Shown in pieces: positions 7,805-17,363 of a DNA stretch of 64,000 nt (positions are counted from its first letter, which is position 1; every line of letters starts with the position of its first letter). Location of the stretch: NCBI GenBank assembly GCA_963719505.1, contig CAVRCF010000005.1, positions 352,001 to 416,000 of the forward strand. Reading direction: 5' to 3'. The notes under the pieces are model-generated. The model was not told the origin of the DNA and did no database searches. It was given only the letters and a program-made list of their open reading frames with translations. Origin of the DNA: Halobacteriovoraceae bacterium. GTDB taxonomy: Bacteria; Bdellovibrionota; Bacteriovoracia; Bacteriovoracales; Bacteriovoracaceae. The translations under genes and the position numbers were made by a program.

Positions 7805-10759
7805 CTAAAAAGAGGCTTCTAGAGCTGATTCTAATTTTTTATTGAGTAAATCTAGGGATTTAGGTGATATTTTCTCTCTGGGATCGAGTTTGTTAAGTTT
7901 TAGTGTTGAGACTGCTTTCAGCAGATCCACGGCACTCTTGCTTTTGGATTTCTCCAAGAAAACGAGTTTACGGTAAGTATAAAGGCCTCTGGTTGCCAGT
8001 TCAAACTTCAAAGCTGTCGCAATTGATCCTGAGCTTTTTGGGTAGATCATAAAAACATCTGTCTCTCGCCCATCGAGTTCAAAATAAGGATAATTTTGAA
8101 CGGCTGCCAAGTGCCAATCTAAATAAGCTTTTAGCCCATTTTTCCTCGCTTTATAAAGCCAAAAACCAAAAGTGTACTCTGGGTTATCCACCGGCTTTAC
8201 TGATCCATTATAAGCCCCCCACTTGCCCTTAAGCTTCTTGGTCTGAGACTTTTCGATTGATGAGTAAAGTCCTAAATCAAAGAATTTATTGAGCTTGTAG
8301 AGAGACTGATCACCTTCTCCAAAACCACTGAGAAGTAACTTTGGAAAATTCTTTTTTAGCCTCAAACCCTGGGTCACATCTTCATCAACTTTATTTGAAT
8401 ACCCTTGGGCTTCGTCAGAGAAACTTTGATAAATTTTAACCCCAAAAGCTTTGCTCAGTTTTTGGTAGACTTCATAATCACTTTGAGATTCAACACTAAA
8501 AGCTCCAAGATAGGTGAAAACTGAGTCCATTTGGTTTTGACTAGCGAAAGCTAAAACCTCAGAAAGCTCTTTTGACTGCTCAATACTAGGCAGCCCACTA
8601 AAGGTGGTAAAACCTCTTTTACTTAATTCCCTAAGGGACTTCATTCGTAATTTCTGAGTAAAGGCCAAAACTTTTGGGTCTTCAAAGTAAACTTTAGGGA
8701 AAGGATCAAGCCCAATAAAGCCCACTGGAAAGTCAGGCTTCTCTAAAGACAGTGGGATATATTTGTAAATAACAGAAGCAGACCAAGTAAAATCGTCTCC
8801 CTTAATAGAAAAACTCGTTCGACTCTTAATCTTATCCACACTATTTTGAGCTTTATTTTTAACAAGAATATACAAGACCTCAAAGGCCGTAAGCTTCTTT
8901 GAAAGAAGTTTCTCTCCAATTATTTTAGGTGCAAGTTGGTAAGACTCATGATTCATGGTCATTGAGGCCAATTGTTTTTTAACTTCATAAACTTCAAAAC
9001 TCTTATCGTCTTCAAAAGAAAAGTTAAAAGTGCGCTCAACACTATTATTACTAATCTTAATCAGTGAAAAATCCTCTTCGCCTTTCACAGAAGAAAGCTC
9101 TATATCTTTGTGGGTTACCTGTGCACTTAAGCCGAGGCTTCTTCCAAGAACTTCCACTTGAACTTCTTTTAGCTTTTTTGTTTCATCCAAAGAGCTTGCA
9201 AGTTTAGAATAATCGAGCTCCTTTGCTGATGAGAGTTGATCTAAAAAAGAATTTGCCTGGTCACCTTTATTAATTGGGAAAAGAACCAAAGAATTCAGAC
9301 TAATAGCTGTCTTATCACCACTAAATTTTAATATTATCTTTTTGTCAGTTACCCTAACTTTTGTTTTATAAAATTTAAAGATTGATGACATAAAAAGTTC
9401 ATAAGGATTTTGAGAGTCTTGGAAAGAGACAAATTCAAAGCGAAAATAGTCCTCTAAAAATCTCTCAAAGCTGTCTCTTTGCTCCTTTATAAAAGGCTGT
9501 GAGTTTATCGAGACCTCTCTTTTCTTCCAAAAAGGAATATCCCAATAACCCAATTTTTCTATATTTACCCAAACATGATAAAAGTCATTGGGAAGGTCAA
9601 TGCGAAAGGAGCCAGAAGTAATATCAATTGTAGATTGATCTAACCGCGAGCTGTACTGGGAATCGTCAACACTTGAATATTCAGGGGCCACAAAACCAAA
9701 GCCATCTTTTCTATTGTATAAACTGTGGGTCGTTATCGTTTGATAGTTCGAAATATCTCTATCTCTCAGCTTTGCAAAATTAAAAACCTTAACAAATGGA
9801 GGTGCTTTGGGATAGATCTGAGGCAAAAGTGTAAAATCTGTAAAAACGAACTCCTTACTCGTTTTCTCCCCTTGTCCATCTGGATCAACAACGACGAACA
9901 TTTTCTTCAAACTTTTTAAATTAACACTTTTATAATTCTTACTAGATCCCCTCTCTCCTTGGTAACGTCGAAGTTCAAACTCTAGCCAATTCTTGCCAGG
10001 CTTTACCAGTACTTTAAAATTTGCTTGAGTCCAGTAACCTTTTGTTTCAGTGTCTTGAATCGTAAAGTAAAGCAGATAGTTTGAGTCTGTCGGGTTTGAA
10101 AGATTAAAGCCAATTCTATCGTATTTAGTAAAATTATAGTCCTCTAAAAGTGAGGCGTTAAAATTAATATATTGTCCTATCTTTGCTCGATATACTGAAT
10201 CAAAGATTAACTCCTTCTTTTTGGCCATCACAACTTTTGGAGCTTTCTTATTTTTTAAAGTTGAAACCTTTGTTTTTGAAAAACTAAAAGGCAAATGTTT
10301 TGAGGTCTCCTTTAATAAAACATTATCCACCCAAAGAGTTCCCGGAGAATTGAGCCTGAACCATAGCTTTAAAGACTTTTTAACCTTGAAGGTTTGAGTC
10401 ATTTTCGACCAATCAAAAGAGCCTGTCTCATTTTGAAATATATCTTTAATCCCACTGCCATTATCGTAGAAAGCTCTAAAAGAATAATATTTTCCTTTTT
10501 GAATCTTTGACCCCTTGAGCATAGCACTCAGTTGATAGAGGCCAGGCTTTAGATCATCGAAATAAAAATAGAGAGTTTGTTCTTCACCAAAATCTGTCAT
10601 CATTTTAACAGAGCCCTTCTCAGACGCTCCATTTGAATCCATTTCAAAGGATCCAGAACCCCATGACGCAGCTCCCCCTAAACCTTTATTAAACTTAAAT
10701 TCCTTGCCTATTGAATCAATGGATAAAAGAACAGATAATAAAAGAATGAAAAACGCCAT
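7805..10759 (-). CDS. Large secreted multidomain protein, probably carbohydrate-binding/glycoside hydrolase-like
   Basis: Signal peptide; CBM-like jelly-roll segments (GTLWVDNVLL); galactose-binding-like segment (YNRKDGFGF..FRIDLPN..Y.V.V); C-terminus resembling GH123/DUF4091-type (GFWLY..G..AYLDW..YP..G....LKFE...G...YR.L). Recognised from memory only. Confidence 0.5.
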   Translation of the reverse strand: MAFFILLLSVLLSIDSIGKEFKFNKGLGGAASWGSGSFEMDSNGASEKGSVKMMTDFGEEQTLYFYFDDLKPGLYQLSAMLKGSKIQKGKYYSFRAFYDNGSGIKDIFQNETGSFDWSKMTQTFKVKKSLKLWFRLNSPGTLWVDNVLLKETSKHLPFSFSKTKVSTLKNKKAPKVVMAKKKELIFDSVYRAKIGQYINFNASLLEDYNFTKYDRIGFNLSNPTDSNYLLYFTIQDTETKGYWTQANFKVLVKPGKNWLEFELRRYQGERGSSKNYKSVNLKSLKKMFVVVDPDGQGEKTSKEFVFTDFTLLPQIYPKAPPFVKVFNFAKLRDRDISNYQTITTHSLYNRKDGFGFVAPEYSSVDDSQYSSRLDQSTIDITSGSFRIDLPNDFYHVWVNIEKLGYWDIPFWKKREVSINSQPFIKEQRDSFERFLEDYFRFEFVSFQDSQNPYELFMSSIFKFYKTKVRVTDKKIILKFSGDKTAISLNSLVLFPINKGDQANSFLDQLSSAKELDYSKLASSLDETKKLKEVQVEVLGRSLGLSAQVTHKDIELSSVKGEEDFSLIKISNNSVERTFNFSFEDDKSFEVYEVKKQLASMTMNHESYQLAPKIIGEKLLSKKLTAFEVLYILVKNKAQNSVDKIKSRTSFSIKGDDFTWSASVIYKYIPLSLEKPDFPVGFIGLDPFPKVYFEDPKVLAFTQKLRMKSLRELSKRGFTTFSGLPSIEQSKELSEVLAFASQNQMDSVFTYLGAFSVESQSDYEVYQKLSKAFGVKIYQSFSDEAQGYSNKVDEDVTQGLRLKKNFPKLLLSGFGEGDQSLYKLNKFFDLGLYSSIEKSQTKKLKGKWGAYNGSVKPVDNPEYTFGFWLYKARKNGLKAYLDWHLAAVQNYPYFELDGRETDVFMIYPKSSGSIATALKFELATRGLYTYRKLVFLEKSKSKSAVDLLKAVSTLKLNKLDPREKISPKSLDLLNKKLESALEASF

Positions 10760-10786
10760 AACAAGTCTCTTTAAAAAGTAATATTG

Positions 10787-11812
10787 ATGTATTTTACACT
10801 CAAAAACTCAACTTTAAAAATTTTAAAGCTCTTTGGCCTCTTCCAGCTCTTTCGCATCAAGAACATAGATAAAATTCCTATCCTTTGCTATCACGGAGTC
10901 TCAATAAATGATGAACATGAGTTTATGCCATCAAATTATATGAGATTTGAGACGTTTAAAAGTAGAATTCTTTTTTTGAAGAGAATGGGCTACAGGATCA
11001 TCAGTCTGCAAGAATCTTTAGAGATGGTTAGAAACAAAAACATTGAAAAAAACTGTATCGTGATCACCATCGATGATGGTTTTACACCAATATTTGACGA
11101 ACTAGTCCCCTTTCTCATAGATCAAAATCTGCCCGCCACAATTTATGTCACATCTTATAAATCTAAATATGAAGTCCCTATTTTTCGCCTTGTTGCTCAA
11201 TACCTTTTTTGGAAATCTGAAAAAAATATTGAATTAGAAAAAATTGATATCGAAAAAGCTGATGGAACTAAGCTTGAGCTCAAAAAAATGCGCACTGAAG
11301 AAGAGCTTTGGGAATTTATAACACTTTGTGAACAGACATGTAAAAGAAAGGAGAGGTTTAGGATTCTTCATTCACTAGCTTCGGAATTCAATTTGGAACT
11401 AACGCCCTCTATTATCAAAGCACACTCAATTGCAAATAAAGAAACTCTCACTAAATTTGGCCAACATAAGAATATCAATCTGCAGCTTCATACACACTCC
11501 CACAAAACGAAGTTAACAGCTCTAGGATTTAAAAAAGATATTATTAAAAATATTGAGTATCTCGAGCAAACCGTATCACATCCACTCGTTCATTTTTGCT
11601 ACCCAAGTGGGCACTGGGAAGAGGAGATGATTCCGATCTTAAAAGAGTTAAACATCCAAAGTGCAACGACCTGTGACCTAGGGCTCATGGATAAACAAAC
11701 TGATCCCTATAAGATTCCAAGAATTATCGATTCTGAGTCAATCAGTGAAATTGTCTTTTACGCCGAAATCGTAGGCCTCTCGTCATGGCTTAGAAATCTC
11801 CTCAATAAATGA
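10787..11812 (+). CDS. Polysaccharide deacetylase (CE4/NodB; IcaB/PgaB-like)
   Basis: ILCYHG, motif 1 TIDDG, metal-binding HTHSH, FCYPSG, IPRI. TTG at 10784 is an alternative start. Confidence 0.88.
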   Translation: MYFTLKNSTLKILKLFGLFQLFRIKNIDKIPILCYHGVSINDEHEFMPSNYMRFETFKSRILFLKRMGYRIISLQESLEMVRNKNIEKNCIVITIDDGFTPIFDELVPFLIDQNLPATIYVTSYKSKYEVPIFRLVAQYLFWKSEKNIELEKIDIEKADGTKLELKKMRTEEELWEFITLCEQTCKRKERFRILHSLASEFNLELTPSIIKAHSIANKETLTKFGQHKNINLQLHTHSHKTKLTALGFKKDIIKNIEYLEQTVSHPLVHFCYPSGHWEEEMIPILKELNIQSATTCDLGLMDKQTDPYKIPRIIDSESISEIVFYAEIVGLSSWLRNLLNK

Positions 11813-14800
11813 ATCTTGCACTTTTGCACTCTCAACAAAGGTAGCATGAGGGACATCAAAGGTGACTATTTTAATGTCTCCTTTGATAACTCCACCCCAA
11901 CCAAGTAAGGAATCCGAATAAAATCCCTTCTGAGTAAGAGGGGCCCTGAAAAGAACCATATCACCGTCGTAAGAAGATACGACGTGCTCCTTCATACACT
12001 TAAAATTATTTTTTTCTATTTTATAATATCTTAAATGATGAGGAATTATTCTTCCTGTCTTTTCATACTTTGCTATTTCTTTCTCTTTAAAAAAGGAGCT
12101 AATTCTATAGAAGAGTGAGTCCTTTAACCGTTCAAAACGTTTTTTTAATGTGATATAAGGTTTGAATTGAAGATTAGGTCCTGAAGTATCAAACATTATG
12201 AGCTTGCCCACCTCAACATCAATCTTTTTTAATTCGATTGCCACTTCTAAAGCTAATAATCCTCCCATAGAGCCGCCAGCGAGGAATACTTTCTTACTAT
12301 CGACGGTATTAACAATTTCTTTTGCATAATGCACGGCCATCTCTTTAATCGACTGATGGAGCTCACTGATTCCGTCCACACCACTGGCCTGAAGACCATA
12401 AACAGCTTTATTCGCCGCGACCTTTAAGCCCAGGTCTCGATAATTTAAAACATTTCCACCGACTCCATGAAACATAAATAAAGGGATACCATCATTACCA
12501 TCTCTTATCTTCACAACACAAGTCGATGCCCTTGAGTCGCCTAAATTTTTATCTGAAGTTGATGAAATCTTTTTTGCTTTTAATTTGAGATCAATGAGTT
12601 CAGAGATTAAAAAGATTGTTGGATAGTCAAAAAGCATACTCAATTCAAGTTGGATGTCGAACTTATTTTCGATTTTAGAAAATAAAGTGACTGATAAAAT
12701 TGAATGTCCGCCAATATCAAAAAAGTTATCTTGTATTCCAAAATCATTTTTTGCCAAAACCGACACCCACAAATCTTTTACCGCTCTTTCGGTCTCAGTC
12801 TTGGGCTCCACCCTCTCAAGCTTTGTAGAGGGTTTTTGGCCACCTGACAAAAGACTTAAAGGACTTGGAAGATTCTTTTTATCTATTTTGTCATTTAGAG
12901 TTTTAGGAAAAGAATCAAGCTTAATAAAGTTTGATGGAATCATATAAACGGGTAGACTCACACTGAGAAACTTTCTAAGTTCTAGATGATTAAAATCACC
13001 AATAATATAAGCCACTAGTCGAACATCACCTGGAATATCCTCTCGAGTGATTACAACACAAGAGGTGACACCTGGACTTTTAGCAATTTGAGCCTCAATC
13101 TCTCCAAGCTCAATTCGATAGCCTCTTACCTTCACTTGACCGTCGTTTCTTCCTAGACATTCAAGATCACCATTATAATTCCACCTGGCAAGATCTCCAG
13201 TATTATAAACCCTTGTCTTAAGTCTCTCGTTAAAAGAGAATACTTTTTGGGTTAAATCATCTCTTTTTCTATAGCCTTTAGCTAAGCCTTCACCGGCAAT
13301 AAAGAGTTCACCAGTTGCTCCTATTGGAACACTCTGACCTCGCTCATCTAGTATATATACCTGGGTATTGTCTATAGGTTTACCGATGAGCATTTTCTTG
13401 TCATCTTTCTTTATCTTTTTACATGTCGACCAGACAGTCGTCTCAGTTGGACCATACATATTCCAGACATCTTGTGTTTGCTCTAAAAGAGTTTCGGCTA
13501 AATCCAAAGGAAAGGGCTCTCCCCCACAAAGAACTTTAAATCCTTCTTTTGCTTGCCAACCTGAGGCTAAAAGAAGTCTCCAAGTAGAAGGAGTGGCCTG
13601 CATCGCCGTAATTTCTTTATCGGATATAATTGTCTTTAAGGAATCTCCGTTAATGGTTTGTGCTTTGCTAGCGATAAAAACAGAACCTCCCACCAAAAGA
13701 GGAGCGTATAATTCAAGTACCGCAATATCAAAACTTAAAGTCGTCACGGCCAATAGACTTGTTGAACTCTTTAATCCAGGAGTTTTCACCATTGATTGAA
13801 GGAAGTTTGAAACACTCCTGTGAGTGAGTTCAACTCCTTTTGGAAGGCCTGTTGAACCTGAGGTATAAATGACATACATCAGGGCATCTAAATCGACTTT
13901 CGGAAACTCACATCTGTTAAGAGATTCATTCTCAGTTAACTCACTAAGGTCAACAACAGTGAGGCTTTTTGAGAACCTCTCTTTATATTTGCTACTAGCA
14001 ATAATAATATTTAAATCAGATGTCTCAACCATATAGTCAATACGATCCTTTGGAAAGGATGGCTCCAGAGGAATATAACCGGCACCCGCTTTCATAATAC
14101 CTAAAAGCGCGATCAGCATTTGACTCTCTCTATCAACACAAAGACCAACGAGATCCCCTGGCTTAACCCCCCTATTGATTAAGGATGAAGCATAACGATC
14201 GGATAGATTTAAAACCTCTGAGTAAGTAAAACTTTTCTTTTCACAATAGATTGCTGTATTATCTGGAAATTGAAGACAGCTTTTTTCAAATAATTCACTA
14301 ACAGTAAGTGATTCATTTTCGCACACGGTAGCATTCCAGCTGTTTTCTAACATAAATTTTTGATCATCAGTTACAACATCAATTACTCCTAGAGGGCTAT
14401 CCAATAAATTGAGAATTGATTTAACCAGTAGCTCGAAACTCTCCTTGATTCTCGTAATAGTGATCTCACTAAAAAGATCAACTCTATAAACAAAAGCCCC
14501 TTCTATTTTATCTTGGCTGGCTTTAACCCAAAGATCTAAATCAGTATGGGTAGTATTTGTTTTTCTTTTGACATGGGAAATTGGATTTGAATCAAAGGTA
14601 GAACTTCGATTTGAAACTTCCTGAAAGGTAAAGAAAGACTGAAAGACAGGGGATCTAGATGTATCTTGACCAATTCCTAAAAGTTTAACAACGTCTTCAA
14701 AGATCACCTGCTCATTATCAAAACCTTGAAAACAGGCGCTTGCCACATTTTTAATAAAATTTTGTAGCTCCATCTCTTTTGAAAGCTCAGTGCGAATAGC

Positions 14801-17362
14801 TATAGAGTTGACAAAATAACCGACGGTGTTTTCAAATTTTTCACTATGTCTATTTCTAACGGGTAAGCCTACGACTAAATCATCTTGGCGGGCATATTTA
14901 GACAGAACAATTTTAAAAAGAGATAAAAGGGTATTAAATGTTGAAACTCCAAGCCTCTCACTAACGGTGTTTAGGTTTTTTACGTCCTGAGCTGAAAACT
15001 CAATAAAAACTGAACTGGCAAGATTTGAAGCTTTACGAGGTCTTGGAAAATCAATCGGAAGATCTAGTATTGGAAGCTTTCCCGATAGTTTTTCATGCCA
15101 ATAGTTTAAACTCTTTGCATAGCTTCTAGACTCTAAAAGGTTATTTGAATAATCAATATAGTCTGAGTATGTGAATTTGTCTAAGCTTGTTTTAAAAGAG
15201 GTTCCATCTAAAAGGCTTCGATAGTTACTATCTAGCTCGTTAATAAGGAGATCAAAGCACCAACCATCCCAGACTAAGTGATGAGGCATAAAGAACAATA
15301 TAGTTTCATTGAATTCATTAATAAAAATCTTTGTCTTAAAAAGATAACTCTCCAAGAGATCTAATTTTTGAGTAAACTGTAGTTCAATATATGATTGAAT
15401 ATCTTTGTTTGATAATTTCTCAACAGATATATCTTTATCAAAGGGATATGGTCCTCTAAATTCATAGTCTCCCCCGCCATTAATAAAAAGCTTTGATAAA
15501 AGAAGAGGATGACAATTTAAAAATTGATGAACAGAGAGTTTAAGCTTCTCATGATCAATACCTTCCCCAAGGTTGAGACCAGTTGGCAAATTATTAACGG
15601 CCACACTACTTTTTAAAGAAAGAAATAGAGAGCGAAGTTGACTTTTACTAAGGGAATGAGAAGATTTTTTTGTGTGAACGACCTCTATCTGTTTCACACC
15701 TGATTCACCTTTCTGTCCATTTAATAATGTTTCTAGCTCTAAAATAGTTGGGTACCTAAAAATATCATTTAAGCCTATCTGGTATCCTGCCTCTTTGAGA
15801 CGAGAAACCATCTTTATCGCCAAAAGAGAGTGTCCACCAAGGGCGAAAAAGTTCATATCCTTTGGTATATTATCAATCAGAAGAACTTCGGACCAAAGTT
15901 TTGCAACATCAAAATCTTCAGTTTTCTCAATATTTAAAGTCTCTTTCTTTGGAACAGAAATATTTTTCTCTTTAGCTCTATCGGGAGTCTTCGGAGTCTT
16001 TAGTGTCATTGGCTCTATAGCTGGAAGATCTAGTACTATAGAAGATAATGGTGTAGACGGATTTTTTAGAATAATGGAGACAAGGCCCTCAAATGATCTC
16101 ATCCATTTATGAATCGTCTCCTGCGAAAAAAGGTTTGTATTAAACTGCATCTCAAAAATGAGATCATCTCCGAAAGTAACAATATTTAAAAACAGTTCAA
16201 AGTTCTCTGCCATTCTTGGAACGGTTCTAAAATGCCCCTGAAGACCATCAAAAGCCAAGCCTTGATTCTTTTTTTGAATATCCAGATTAAAGATATTATT
16301 AATAAGGGGTACCTGACCAGCAACTCTTGGAACATCTATAACCTGAAGAAGCTCTCCAAAAGTAACCTGCTGAAAGTCGAGACCATCCAGAAGAGTTTTT
16401 TTGACTTGATTGAGTAAATCGATAAAATTTAGCTTCTTGTCAAAGACTATTCTCATAGGAATAAGATTTACGTAGTGACCAACAAGATTATGATGACCAG
16501 AGACTGACTGCTCTGCAGCCGGAATACCAATAATCAAATCATCAGCTTTAGAAATTTTGTGAAGCAAAGTCCCGTACACTGCAAGAAGAGAACTATAGAA
16601 ACTAAAGCCATTTTTTTGAGCAAGTCGCCTAAGGTCTGCGGAGAACTCCGTTGAAAAATCAAAATCAAAACGCTTGGATTCAAACGTTCTCATATTTGGT
16701 CTTGAGTACTCAGTTGGAATAGAAAATTGATGATTAAAACCATCAAGTTTTTCAATCCAATACTTTTTTATTGAATCAAAGTCTCTTATTTGCATGTAGT
16801 TATAAAATTGGATTGGAGAAGTCTCTAACTGAACAACACCTGTCTTTCTTTGAGAATAAAGTCGACTAAGATCCTGAATAACGACTTCTAAAGACCAACC
16901 ATCACAAATAATATGGTGAACAGTAAAAAATAGAATCGATTTATCCTGTCCTTTTAATAAGGAGGACCTTACAAGAGGACCGGCTGTTAAATCAAAAGAA
17001 TTTGTCACCTCTTTATGAGCAAATTCATCAACGCTATAGAGATCTAGATTAAAAATATTAAGAGATGGAGTTAACCCATCGATAAAGAGCATTTTTTCAC
17101 CATCTTTTGAGATGATACAATTTAAAATAGTATAGCGCAGGAAGAGATCCCTAAAAGCTAATTTTAATGCCCTTATATCTAAGACACCCTCAAGCTCAAC
17201 TTTAACCGTAAGATTGTAAGCCGTATCTGCTGTTTCGGTGAAATTGATTGTCGACCACATCTCTTTTTGTGCGGCTGTTGTATCAACAGACTTTAATACT
17301 CTTTTCAACTTGGAAGCCGCAACAAGATTCTTTAGGAATATATCTTTATCTTTTGTGCTCAA
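11783..17362 (-). CDS. NRPS, domain order C-T-C-A(Gly)-T-TE
   Basis: C1 HHIICDG; T1 FFALGGHSL; C2 HHLVWDG; A core motifs YTSGSTGLPKG, YGPTE, YNTGD, GYRIELGEIE; T2 FFDIGGHSI; TE GGSMGG. TTG start 1 nt after the PKS stop, with an AAGGA RBS. Confidence 0.93.
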   Translation of the reverse strand: MSTKDKDIFLKNLVAASKLKRVLKSVDTTAAQKEMWSTINFTETADTAYNLTVKVELEGVLDIRALKLAFRDLFLRYTILNCIISKDGEKMLFIDGLTPSLNIFNLDLYSVDEFAHKEVTNSFDLTAGPLVRSSLLKGQDKSILFFTVHHIICDGWSLEVVIQDLSRLYSQRKTGVVQLETSPIQFYNYMQIRDFDSIKKYWIEKLDGFNHQFSIPTEYSRPNMRTFESKRFDFDFSTEFSADLRRLAQKNGFSFYSSLLAVYGTLLHKISKADDLIIGIPAAEQSVSGHHNLVGHYVNLIPMRIVFDKKLNFIDLLNQVKKTLLDGLDFQQVTFGELLQVIDVPRVAGQVPLINNIFNLDIQKKNQGLAFDGLQGHFRTVPRMAENFELFLNIVTFGDDLIFEMQFNTNLFSQETIHKWMRSFEGLVSIILKNPSTPLSSIVLDLPAIEPMTLKTPKTPDRAKEKNISVPKKETLNIEKTEDFDVAKLWSEVLLIDNIPKDMNFFALGGHSLLAIKMVSRLKEAGYQIGLNDIFRYPTILELETLLNGQKGESGVKQIEVVHTKKSSHSLSKSQLRSLFLSLKSSVAVNNLPTGLNLGEGIDHEKLKLSVHQFLNCHPLLLSKLFINGGGDYEFRGPYPFDKDISVEKLSNKDIQSYIELQFTQKLDLLESYLFKTKIFINEFNETILFFMPHHLVWDGWCFDLLINELDSNYRSLLDGTSFKTSLDKFTYSDYIDYSNNLLESRSYAKSLNYWHEKLSGKLPILDLPIDFPRPRKASNLASSVFIEFSAQDVKNLNTVSERLGVSTFNTLLSLFKIVLSKYARQDDLVVGLPVRNRHSEKFENTVGYFVNSIAIRTELSKEMELQNFIKNVASACFQGFDNEQVIFEDVVKLLGIGQDTSRSPVFQSFFTFQEVSNRSSTFDSNPISHVKRKTNTTHTDLDLWVKASQDKIEGAFVYRVDLFSEITITRIKESFELLVKSILNLLDSPLGVIDVVTDDQKFMLENSWNATVCENESLTVSELFEKSCLQFPDNTAIYCEKKSFTYSEVLNLSDRYASSLINRGVKPGDLVGLCVDRESQMLIALLGIMKAGAGYIPLEPSFPKDRIDYMVETSDLNIIIASSKYKERFSKSLTVVDLSELTENESLNRCEFPKVDLDALMYVIYTSGSTGLPKGVELTHRSVSNFLQSMVKTPGLKSSTSLLAVTTLSFDIAVLELYAPLLVGGSVFIASKAQTINGDSLKTIISDKEITAMQATPSTWRLLLASGWQAKEGFKVLCGGEPFPLDLAETLLEQTQDVWNMYGPTETTVWSTCKKIKKDDKKMLIGKPIDNTQVYILDERGQSVPIGATGELFIAGEGLAKGYRKRDDLTQKVFSFNERLKTRVYNTGDLARWNYNGDLECLGRNDGQVKVRGYRIELGEIEAQIAKSPGVTSCVVITREDIPGDVRLVAYIIGDFNHLELRKFLSVSLPVYMIPSNFIKLDSFPKTLNDKIDKKNLPSPLSLLSGGQKPSTKLERVEPKTETERAVKDLWVSVLAKNDFGIQDNFFDIGGHSILSVTLFSKIENKFDIQLELSMLFDYPTIFLISELIDLKLKAKKISSTSDKNLGDSRASTCVVKIRDGNDGIPLFMFHGVGGNVLNYRDLGLKVAANKAVYGLQASGVDGISELHQSIKEMAVHYAKEIVNTVDSKKVFLAGGSMGGLLALEVAIELKKIDVEVGKLIMFDTSGPNLQFKPYITLKKRFERLKDSLFYRISSFFKEKEIAKYEKTGRIIPHHLRYYKIEKNNFKCMKEHVVSSYDGDMVLFRAPLTQKGFYSDSLLGWGGVIKGDIKIVTFDVPHATFVESAKVQDSFIEEISKP

Positions 17363-17363
17363 A

